Source: Setoptus koraiensis (Eukaryota > Animalia > Arthropoda). From it: a DNA stretch of 64,000 nt. This document shows, piece by piece, positions 1-10,863 of this stretch. The position numbers and the translations under genes were made by a program. The notes under the pieces are model-generated. The model ran no database searches. It was not told the DNA's origin and saw nothing but the letters and a program-made list of their open reading frames with translations. The stretch is taken from assembly GCA_048013815.1 (NCBI GenBank), contig CM106585.1:12834001-12898000 (forward strand), given 5' to 3'. The stretch's first letter is position 1; each line of letters starts with the position of its first letter.

Positions 1-847
1 TGTTATCAACAGAATAACGAGATAAGTTTTTTCTTCTGCGGAAAGTTGTTGATTCTTTTCTCTGCTTATTTGCTTTGGAAAAGCCACAAGTCAAGAAGAT
101 AATGTGTGCGTGCGAGCAAAAAGAAGTAATCATAGTATTCATTCCACTTGTCACTTGTTGTTTACTTACTGGCAAATTGTTTATCTTTCAAATTGGTATT
201 CACACACACATTAGCAACATTAGCCGAATGGCAACAAGTGTCGCGAATACCACCGTGGCGTAAACATTATCTGTTGTTATTATGAGTATGCGATATTATA
301 TAACTTTCCCCAAAATTATTGAGAACTATTGAGCAATAGTGATGGATTTGTTATTATTGTTGCATAAATTAGAAACGATTAAGTGTGCAGGCGAATGCGA
401 TAGTATCTCAAATGTGAATCTAACAATCTCTTTAGGTATCAGGCATCATGTGGTTTAGCGCAGGGTGATTCTGTACCTGTGTTTAAAGATCTTGCTGCTT
501 GTTCCTGCTTCTTACAAATTAGTTGGTTCCAAGGTTATTCAAGGTTTCTATTGCGATTCGCTGTGACAGATTAGCATCTCTTGCAAAGTTATATCCCAGG
601 TTTTGCTGTAGTGCTGCTGAACATGTGATAATTTATTTTTTAACGAAAAACCTTGAATGGTTGCTATGGGCTTTTCCCTATCAGAGTAAGTAAGCGTGAG
701 TTAAATGAGCGGGGAGAAGCCGGAATAACAAATCTAACACCCAATAAATATGTCAAACCAGATGATTGCCCACTAATTCAACAAACAATTTTTAGCGAAC
801 GAGTACTATCGACACTTGGATAGCTCTCCGGGCGCAGCTCGCCAGAG

Positions 848-854
848 TATAAAA
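848..854 (+). promoter_or_regulatory. TATA box of the Gly-rich peptide gene
   Basis: TATAAAA at 848-854, about 130 nt upstream of the ATG at 985. A poly(A) signal AATAAA follows the CDS at 1450-1455. Confidence 0.6.
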
Positions 855-984
855 TGGCCAAAACCACCAACAAATGCTCATAGTCACAATATTGTCGTAG
901 CAGCAGTTATTAGCTTGATAAACTTCCAATTTTACAATACCCAAACTTGATATTCATTCCAAACAACAAATACCAATCAACAAA

Positions 985-1274
985 ATGAAATTCACAGCCA
1001 TCATAATTCTTGTTTTGTGCATGTTAGCCGCTATGTTTACCGGACCTGAAAGCCAGGCCGTAGCCCACAGACGCGGAGGATACAGAGGTGAGTCAGACCA
1101 GTTAAATTGATTAGTTAATTTCAACGGTAGCTTCAAAATCGAGCGCTTCAATATGGGAACTATGTTGCTAATCACACTAATTGATTCATTGATACAGGCT
1201 ACCGTGGAGGTTACGGCGGCGGACGCGGCTACTACGGAGGAGGTTACGGACGTCGTGGATATTACCACGGTTGA
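985..1274 (+). CDS. Small secreted Gly/Tyr/Arg-rich peptide (59 aa), candidate antimicrobial or cuticular peptide; 2 exons
   Basis: Exon 1 is 985-1087 and exon 2 is 1198-1274. The 110-nt intron has a G|GTGAGT donor, a CTAAT branch-like motif and a ...GATACAG acceptor. The spliced product is MKFTAIIILVLCMLAAMFTGPESQAVAHRRGGYRGYRGGYGGGRGYYGGGYGRRGYYHG*: a hydrophobic signal peptide followed by GGY/RGY repeats. It is not in the ORF track. Confidence 0.85.
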
Positions 1275-2676
1275 ATTTGGAATAACTAACAACATCATTG
1301 GTACAAACAACAAAATTTTGAACAAGTGACTTATCAGTTTATCATGTCGTCACTGACGTTGATTGACATGTCATTGCTTATGTCATTGTCCAATAATATA
1401 ACTTGTGCGGCCAATACCACAAACTCACACACTCACAAACACAATCTTGAATAAACAAGTGTACCTCAATTTTGAGATCACCATGTTTTAGCATCGACGA
1501 AAAACAAACAATCTGTAGCCACTGTTTCTTTGAGCTCTATATCTGCACGGCAAACGTACAGTTGTGTACCCCAAAGACAAACTTGTTGTCAATCAACAAT
1601 TACATGTGCCGCTGCGTGAGATATGCAGATGTAGATATCGCTTGCTTCTCGCATCAATTAGTTGCGCCTCCGACAACAGTTTACACCGGCACCATTGCAA
1701 CCATCAACCATCCACGAGGCAGTGTATTCTTTGTATGTATTTATTCTTGCGGCATGCACCCCCATACAAGCCATCATGATTGATGTTTCGCCTGCCACAC
1801 AATTATGACGGATTAGTTGTCTTGGCTTGCTTGTTTCGCATGTTCGGCAATCGCGAGAAACTGACACAAATGGCAAGAGCTGCCAACGGAGGCAAATATC
1901 AAATCACATTAGCCAATACATTAGCTAATGCGAAATGCAAAATCGGAATGGGCGAATGTGTTATTACTGTATTATCTGCTTTCTTGTAGCCTCTAAATCT
2001 TTTTTTCTTTTAATCTTTTGTGTCCAATGAGACAACCTAACGAAAGAAAAACATTGTTGAAACCGATTCTCTCATTGACAGCGAAAAGTTTCATCGGCAC
2101 TGAAAAGTTTCTCACTCGTTAGACTGTTCGCGCTTTTCCCAATGCCAATTGCTGCAGTCCACTTTTAATCCGCCAGGGCGGCGCACTTGGATTCTCTTAT
2201 GCAGTGTGAGCGAGTGGCAGCTAATCTTGAGCACAGTGCTTATCTGCAGGACCGTGCACAATAATATGAACAGCCGATGCGCCACCTATCGTCGAAAAAT
2301 ACGTACTGCACATCTGCTTGAATGAATGCTCAATGGAATCAAAATGAATAAACATTTAACGTAACACTTTGTGCTTGTGCGTGCATCCGAACCCGCTCTA
2401 CGCGCTCCTGGCGGATTTAAAATTAACTTCGCACATTCGCATTGGCAAAGGCGCGAACTGCAGCTTATCTTACACAAACATGTAAACGTGAGCGTAGCAG
2501 AGCGCCGTGCTAGTCAGCACTCGGACAATAGCTATTCACATGTGAATATACTTGACATGCTGTTGCGAGCATATGATGCCGAGCACCACGCCCGACCAAC
2601 TGACTGATGACAGCCCATTGGAGTAAATATAAATATTATTGATAAATAGCCTAATAACCATTTAATCACAAACAAA

Positions 2677-3087
2677 ATGATACCAATCGTCATTACGTCT
2701 GATAGACTCGAATTCCCGGTCACTCGCAATTATGATCCGGACACCAAAATCAGTGACATGAAACCAAAACTGGAACTTATCACCGGTGACAACCACAAAA
2801 CCATGTCTATTGATATCTATGTTAATGGAAAATTCATCACAGCAGTAGATCAAGATGATCAGAACCTGTCTCATTATTTGGCTGGCCACCTGACCAATTT
2901 AGGTGGTGACACTTGTGTCAAGCTACATTTGAAAGATAATTCCAGCAACAAAGATGAGTATAATGATGTGAGTAAGGTGGAGAAATTTACTCTGCCTGAA
3001 GATAAATACCAGCAAAGATCTGATACAGCTAGGAACTTTATCAAACAACTCAAAGCCAAAAAGCCCGAGGATGGTGTTAGCAGCTGA
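2677..3087 (+). CDS. TBCB: Tubulin-folding cofactor B-like protein, ubiquitin-like domain only (136 aa)
   Basis: Matches the TBCB N-terminal Ubl region: 'VITS...TKISDMKPKLELITG...MSIDIY...DQDDQNLSHY' and 'DVSKVEKFTLPEDKYQQRSDTARNF' (compare human [25 protein letters not shown]). The stop comes before any CAP-Gly domain. Confidence 0.85.
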   Translation: MIPIVITSDRLEFPVTRNYDPDTKISDMKPKLELITGDNHKTMSIDIYVNGKFITAVDQDDQNLSHYLAGHLTNLGGDTCVKLHLKDNSSNKDEYNDVSKVEKFTLPEDKYQQRSDTARNFIKQLKAKKPEDGVSS

Positions 3088-3336
3088 TGAATATCCAACC
3101 TATAAGTGATTACCAACATACACGCAAAATTCATTCGTTGTTTTCCACATTAAGGATGATTCCATCATCAAGGATGAATTTAATGATAGAGAGGATAGAT
3201 ACAAGCAAGAATCTGATTCAACGAGAAATTTCTTGAATAATAAACTCGGTGCCCGGAGAAAGGCTGGGTATATTTATATATATATATATAATAGTTTTTT
3301 GTTTGATTCTGTGTGTGTTTTTGTGTTTGTTTGTTT

Positions 3337-4719
3337 CTAATCATCAAAATCATCATTCGAATCATTTGAACCATCATCGTATTTAGCTGACCTTGCTGAA
3401 CGTCTAGAAGGTTGACTGCGCGAAGATCTTGCTGGTGCCCGTTTCTTAGTTGATGGGCCCTTCTTCTTTTTCTTGCTTCCCCAATCCTCGTCTGACGAGG
3501 CATCACTATCATAGTCGGCAGACCGTTTGTTTTTCTTTTTGGACGACTTGCTTCGGTTTTTTGCGTCCCAATCACTGTCAGAATCGGATGGCTCAAATTC
3601 TTCATCATCATCGTCATCTTCTGCATCGAAATCTTCGTCCCTTTCATCATCATTGATAAAGTCAACCTTCGGTGGCGGTTTGACTGCTTTCCTCTGTGGC
3701 AAGCCTCGTCTTCCCGTTTTAACCTCTGTCTTGGTGCGTGCCTTTGATTTGTTCTTCTTGAGATCCTCTTCGCTTTCCTCTTCCTCCTCTTCACTGGAGT
3801 CCTCACTAGAGCCAGGCTCGTCTTCCTCCTCCTCGTCCTCTTCATTATCTTCCTCATCTACATCATCATCATCGTCGTCTTGGCCATCATCTTCGTCCTC
3901 GTCTTCGCTTTCGACAACTTTGGCTCTCTTTGAAGCATTACCACCAGATTTTGAAGTGGCTGCATGATGATCGCCACCGTCTTTAGTGTCATCGTCGTCA
4001 GCTGAGGGTTCGGTGTTGGCTGCTGCTGCCTTTCGTTTGCCATTGTGTGTACTGTCGACTTTAGCTGTAGATGTGGCTTCATTGTTGGCTGCTGATGTTG
4101 TTGATGAAGTTGTTGTCGATGAGGCTGTCTCTTTGGTGTTGTTAATTAACACACGGAATATGAATTGGTTTGGCAGAAGACTGAATACGTCTCCACTCTT
4201 GAGGATTCTCGAGTCTCCCTTGCGCAGTTGTGATGGTGGATCAGCGTCGTGAAGGAAACATGGATTTACATGTGTCGAGGTGAGCTTGACCTCTCCGCTG
4301 GCCGATAAATCAATTTTTGCGTGCTCTCGCGAAACTTTCTTGTCCGTGCACTGCGCTCACAGCGACAACATGCGACATCGATGGTGTATTTATGATGTGT
4401 CCCACCAATCGGATTTATGATATGTGCCGGCGATAGGATTCATGATATGTCCCGGCGGTGATGTGCGTGATGTGTCAGGGCGATACATGATGATGGTGGC
4501 GATCACAGCGACAATAGCGAGCGAGAGAGAGAGAGAGAGACATTAGTTGCCGGGTACTGATAACGTTGCATATTGATACAGTTACACGGGGTACAGTTAC
4601 GAGTCGGGTGTACTTACGTTGAGATGCGGCCTGTTTCTGCCCAGGATCGTCTCGCCCCTCTCGAGATTTACCACTTGTTTGGGGTCCCCTTGTTGCGGAA
4701 TCAATTGAACGCCAGTCAT
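3337..4719 (-). CDS. APLF: APLF-like protein (FHA domain plus acidic tail), 371 aa, 2 exons
   Basis: Exon 1 is 4719-4618 (MTGVQLIPQQGDPKQVVNLERGETILGRNRPHLN|GTAAGT). Exon 2 is 4350-3337 (CTDKKVSREHA...THVNPCF...KSGDVFSLLPNQFIFRV), joined in phase 0. This matches the APLF/PNKP/aprataxin FHA (human GETVIGRGPLLGITDKRVSRRHA, HTNPCF, PGDSFSLLVDKYIFRI). The acidic motif DFINDD...EEFEPSDSDSDW resembles the APLF histone-chaperone tail. The ORF track shows only 3337-4152. Confidence 0.88.
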
Positions 4720-5053
4720 TGTTTGTTATTCTCAATGTTCGAATGGTGCTGCTGCTTGCTGCTGCGTGGTCGCTTGCTTGCTGCTGATGTGATTGTTATT
4801 GTGTCTTATGGGTGTCGTATATATATATATTAAATGTATTTGTTAAGTTGTTATGTATGTTCGACAATCAACAGTGACCAATGATAGTAATTACATAGAT
4901 GACGCCGATATTAATTACATACATGGGCAATAGAAGCGATGCTAATAATAATAATAATAAAATGATGGCTGACGTGATCGTGATGATATGCTGCCATGCA
5001 ATTCGATTTTCTTGGCCGTCCGTCTGTCTGTCTGTCCGTATTGCCTGTGCGTT

Positions 5054-5055
5054 TC

Positions 5056-5094
<39 letters not shown>
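5054..5094. repeat. (CT)n microsatellite
   Basis: A run of about 20 CT units with one interruption. Confidence 0.9.
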
Positions 5095-5652
5095 GTTCTT
5101 GTGTGTGTGTGTGCACCGTGCACCTATTCTCCATGGAGTTTTGTGTGCTACTCGGGCGCACACAAAACGCGATTTGGCGCATTTATTTCGCTCAGTTAGT
5201 GGCGCACGTCAATCGCCGCCACCGCTGCCGCTGCCATGTTACAAATGTATAAATGCTGCGCTATGAATGCCGGACAACATCAGCTGCACACATACCCACA
5301 CAATCGCCGTTCAACGTCGCCGACACAACGTGAATGTGAATATCAGCCACGCATCAAACACTATTCACATTCGCACATTGTGCACACACTATCACACACA
5401 ACAACAACGTGAACACACAAAGTCGCGCCAATGGCGAGCAAAGAAGAGGCTGCAGCCGCACCATTGAATCACTATTGCACTGTGCAAGACAAAATGCAAA
5501 CAATTCTGGTAACATCTTGAACCCACGCATGCGTCAATCTTAGCGCCAATATCAAACTGGTGAAAATTCGCTCTTTTTCGCGGGCCCCAATTACTACTTG
5601 GCAAGTAGTGTTGCGGAGCGATCGATCCGAGCGGGCTTTTATCGCTCCAAGA

Positions 5653-5815
5653 TCGCTCCGAATATGACTTGTGGCGCCCGCAAAGTTTGATGAGGGGTCA
5701 GACTCGATCATTTTGGTGAAAAAATCTTGTATTAAAAACAACTTGTCCTCATTGATTGATCTAATGTGACAACTTCATCAAACTTTACGGGCGCCCCAAG
5801 TCACGTTCGGAGCGA
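5653..5815. repeat. 41-bp inverted repeat with an 81-nt spacer (possible MITE relic or RNA hairpin)
   Basis: Arm 5653-5693 matches the reverse complement of 5775-5815 at 37 of 41 positions. No clear target-site duplication. Confidence 0.8.
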
Positions 5816-6167
5816 AGAGTCGAGAGAGACAGAGAGAGACTGAACTTGTGACATGTGTGTTATTCAAGATGAACTTCAATCAAATTGAAAATGGATTGAC
5901 TAGAATATTTCATGATTTATTATTAAGATTAGGTTAAGGTCTTTAAGTTTGCCAACGCTCCTGCTTTCTCTGCCTCGCTTGCTCTCTAATTTTGGAATCC
6001 TTTCCTTCTCAGATATGTCCTAACTGTGCTACTATACTGGATGGATAGGTATCGATAGTAAACTGTTCTCGTGTGTCCGATATTCTTCCTTGTAAATAGT
6101 CAATTTCCCTCCCTGTTTATCCTATCAATTCATCATTTTAGTTCTACTTCCATTGACCAACAGCAAA

Positions 6168-7407
6168 TCACTTGATCAATAAATAGAGGGCGCAAGATAG
6201 GACCATACCGAATATCATCAAGCAGGAGACACCAATCGCTACACCTCCCACGAGTAAAGCGTGACTTTTAACAAACTCTTTCATTCGCTCGTAACAGCCC
6301 TACATAGATAGATAGATTAAGTATACGAAATGATTAGCTCGAACATTATACATGAGATTGATTGTGAATGAGTCATAATCAGATAAATGAATGACAAAAT
6401 CCAATGGTTAACTACCTCGTAATAGGTGTCCTCTTTTCTGGGCTGCCTCCCCTGACATGACTTGCGTATGGGATCGTCTTCCTTACTCCTACAACAACTT
6501 TCTGGAACAACCGGCCCATTTTGGCCTCTGAATCTGCTGTTTTCTTTCTGCCAGAGTTCAAAACCTTTAGCTGGTTTCATTGTCATACCACAGCACTCAA
6601 ACTGATGATACATCAAGATGAACACGGTCAAATGGAGAAAAATTGATGAGACAAGTTTTAGAAGAGGTGCACATACATATACGAATGACATAGATTATCG
6701 TGATACTCACATGCATTTGAACTGCATCCCAAGCCTCTGTAACCTGAGAATCGTTTCCGTAAAGAGCCATACTTAAATACATTTCTTGTTGCATTCCGTC
6801 GTCCACCTGAGAAAACGTGAAAGGTGAAGAAAGATTGAAACGTTTTGCATGATGAGCCAATAATGAAATGTGCTAAACGCATTCGAGTTGAAAAGATTAC
6901 GAGTTGAATGAGGGTGTCGTGTGTTACCTCTAAACGGAAGACGTAACCGAGAATACCAGCGGTCACCATGACAATAAATAACATGAATAGAATTACAAAG
7001 TATGTGAGTAGCATACATTTGATTTCTTTATAAGCTCCGAATGTTCCCAAAAAGGATATTATGGCCACTATGCTGCCTGTAACAATTAGTATGGCGGCTG
7101 ATGCTACATAAAGATTCGTTCCAAGCAATCTTTCCATGAACGATCTATCTGTAAGAGTCCATACTCCAATGGCAAATACTATAAGACCACCAATCTAACC
7201 GTGTATTACGTCGTATGATATTGATTGATATGTCATAACATTAGCAAGAATAGTAGTGAGTGAAGTGCAACACGTTGCCGGGTTGCTTAAATTGGTTGAT
7301 TTACATTGATGAGGTCGCTTAACGCGCGAGTCATAGGCACTTACAAATATGATGACATTGGCAACGAGAAGGGAGTACTTGACCCCTCTTCCTAATCCCT
7401 CGACCAT
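6168..7407 (-). CDS. Tetraspanin, CD151/TSPAN11/Tsp74F-like (247 aa, 5 coding exons)
   Basis: Exons are 7407-7345, 7194-6928, 6806-6711, 6601-6416 and 6299-6168, all phase 0 GT-AG. There are four TM segments, the CCG motif (FECCG), PESCC and GCY, and the C-terminus LSCALYLLIK*. Confidence 0.93.
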
Positions 7408-8951
7408 GGTAAATAATGTGATAGCTACAGTTGTATAGATGATAGAGATGATATGTAGACGCTTTTTCAATATACTGCAAATAAACTGGCTACTAAAAGG
7501 CTTTTGATTGGCTGGTACATTTGTTTCGCTACTTTGCATTACTTTTTAGCCGAACTCTGTCTGTCTGTCTGTCTGTTTTTCTCTTTCTCTCTCGCACAAG
7601 ATTCACTAGTTATTATGAATCCGATATCCGATGTGTAGTGATACGAATTTTATTGCAGCCTATGAGTCGAGTGCATGTTTGTCGATCATCGATGTTTTGT
7701 GATCATCATGCGAGACAGACAATCTAACTTGCCGGCGATACTGGTGTTATCTACTGGCTCAAAAACTATGATAAAGATGATATAGATAACATGTGTAATA
7801 TTGAATATATTGATGTTAAGTCGATTGGGGAGCGCGCTGCTGCAACTACCAACTTCACATGCGCCCGATTGTGGATTGACCCATCGAATTCGATCGAACA
7901 TGTGAGGTTGTTGATTGTGCGAATTTGCATTGTGTCATTGGAAATTGTGGTCGACGTATATACATGATGTATATACGTCGTGTATATACGTGTACATCGT
8001 CTATTGTGTGTATTAATTTGGCGCATGTGTATTCACGTTTACTTTGATTTAGTTAATACCAACAATGCAGCCACACAACACGACCACAATCACGGCAGTG
8101 TGGCCATGATGTAAGATAGACGAGGTCAACAAGGAAATGATGCAGGTTTGTTAGATGCAGCAGCGACCATTTACACGGATACCATTTATACGTAGCAGAA
8201 GTTGGCACGTTAGTCATAAATCACTAATTATATGATGTGTATGAATATAAATAGTTGCTGGCCTACAATACACACACACACAGGGCTAGCTAGACATGGC
8301 GATCTACATGGTTAGTGGTGGTGATTTGCCAACGTGTGTGTGTGTGTGTGTGCATACATGACTAATCTATTTATACCACCAGCCAAATAGACTACCTAAT
8401 GTCTATTTTGGCCAGAGTGAAATTGTTCAGAGATTGTTTTGTTGCCAATAAGCAAATGGCTGCAGGGCCAAAAATAGACCGCTGACCATCCCTGGCGCAA
8501 CAAACATGATATACAGGTATACAACAGCAGCAAACAATAACCATTTGCCGGATTTGTGTTTGTTTTTATAGCCGATGATGATGATGATTCGAGTGACGAT
8601 CGCGCACACACACACACACACACGTGGAGGCAAAAAGGAACGCAACATTGCATAACAACAGCAACAATATGACATAACATTGTGCGTAGTTAGTCGCATG
8701 AACTGGCATGTCGTTAGGTTACGTAATTTGCGAACAACTCTCGGCGATCCCTCAATAAAAATTCCCTTGCGTCAAACAGCATACAGACAACAACAATAAC
8801 GTGTCGAGCGAACGCGGCTGTCGCTGTTTACACGAAACTATTGTGGTTCGTCTGGCCGTGTCTAAACAGATTGCGTGCCAGTGGCACTTCACCGTGTGGC
8901 CAGCATGTTAGTGTGCGGTCAACATTGGACCGGACCGGGCCGGGCCGGACC

Positions 8952-9013
8952 GGATAACACTGGCGGACATCGGCAGAGGATAACACTGGCGGACATCGGC
9001 AGAGGACAACACT
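8952..9013. repeat. 26-bp tandem repeat, about 2.4 copies
   Basis: GGATAACACTGGCGGACATCGGCAGA twice plus a partial copy. Confidence 0.9.
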
Positions 9014-10820
9014 AGGTCACTGGCACGTTGTGTACAAATGCACTTCGACTAATCATTATTAATAGTTGAAACTAGATCAACCGACCAACAAACAACAATG
9101 CCAAATATAGTTTAGGCGCGCCCCCATCCGCGAATTGGCACACACACACACTGTGTATCATTCTTTGGAGGCCGTCTGAATATTGGTCTGGACAAAGACG
9201 AGTTGAAATGGATAAAAATACATTGTTACACACACATGCGAGAGGGCAACATTGTTTGCACACCAGTATTTATGACGTAATAGAGGCACATAAATAAAAT
9301 CACATAATTGCGTCACCTAGTTGATTAGTTTGGGGTCGCACCGAGGTTACAATTGACACATAATCAAGTTGTAATGAGCCAACAGACAAAGAAACAAACA
9401 TCACAACAAAGGTAAAAATAACACAATATCCATCTTTCAGCAGCCTATGTGTATTGATGGATACGAGCCAACACGACCAATGTAACACTTTCAGCACGCT
9501 CTCTCTCTCTCTCTCTCACTATTCACGATGCCACAGTGTGTTGTCACATCACACAGTGTGGTCAGTCACTTCAAACAAAACTTTGGGTGTTATTGTGTTT
9601 AGAGGCAGTGCTAGTAGTAGTAGAAGTAGTACTAGTAGTAGTGGTAGTAGTGGTAGTAGAGGCACTAGTAGTAATGGCAGGCATAGGCTATTATTATCGT
9701 GAATCGAATTATTATTATCCCGTCGTTATTACGTCACTAGGGGGGCCGGTCAGACCAGCGCTGGCCATTGGAGCTAACCACTGGGCGAAAAGCAACGAAA
9801 AACACGTAGCACGTGCTTCCAAACACCTAACATAACACCGTTAAGCACCGTTGCTGGCACCGCTGGTCGAAGCTCGTGCCGGCCACAACCTATAGGCCGA
9901 CTCGGATAGATGGACGGGGCGCTGTGGATGAAATCATTAATGAAAGATTTTTGGCCATTAGTTTGAGCTTCGACCGCGCCCAATTTAGATTTATGTACAT
10001 GAACACACACACAAACACACATTTGAACATGGCCAAACAATGTGATAGTGTATTGATGTTTGCTGGCCCGATCTTAAAGTGAGCTGGCTCAATTTGGACG
10101 GTATACGCGAAACAACCGCGATCCCCTTATACGTTACACCTCACAGTATACGATTGTGCACTGCAAACAATCTTGTGCAAACGACATGGCGAGTCACCTA
10201 GATTAGTTAACTGTTTCCACCGACAAACACCGCATTATATGTAGTTACCCCACAAAATGTTGCTGCTATCTAAATAAATATATATTTGTTTGCGTTTGTA
10301 TACAACGCGTGCATGTAAACTTGTATCAAACAAGTTGTATGTACGGGCTGGTGGCATGTCTGTAATCAGGTCATATACACACAAAATTACACCGTTAAAA
10401 CAACGTGCTAAAACAATGTGTCGAAGGCATGCGTTCCAACTGCAAATCGAGCTCTCCAAATCTGCAGAGCTTTGCATTGCGAGCCTATGATAATCTGGAC
10501 AATTTTCACATTATGTTGTGCGCGAATATTGAGATTTATTAGGTCTTCTCGCTCATTATAATAGAAACGTATTGCTGTCAATAGCCGCTTAGCCATTTAG
10601 CTCTAATGACTGCGACCCCAAAGCTCACGGCAAAGCATACGTACGACGACAACACCGGCAGAGTTCACTGGCATCACCTCAGATAACGTTGACACTGTTT
10701 CCGTGATCTGCTGCTGCATCACGTGTTGATTGAGACTAGATAGAGATTAGATGGACACTAGATAGCCACTGGGCAGAGAATAGAAAGGCGACAGAACAAG
10801 CGAAACACTGCATGTGCATA

Positions 10821-10863
10821 TATCACCGTGTATCACCGTGTATCACCGTGTATCACCGTGTAT
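10821..10863. repeat. 10-bp tandem repeat, 4 copies
   Basis: (TATCACCGTG)4, perfect. Confidence 0.95.

Noticed and set aside
1-700. Short open frames at the left edge (75-263 plus; an open minus frame running off the window)
   Set aside because: No recognisable domain or convincing gene structure; it cannot be judged without flanking sequence.
954-1325. 123-aa minus-strand ORF with a hydrophobic N-terminus
   Set aside because: It is the antisense shadow of the spliced Gly-rich peptide gene. The plus strand has the TATA box, splice sites, signal peptide and poly(A) signal.
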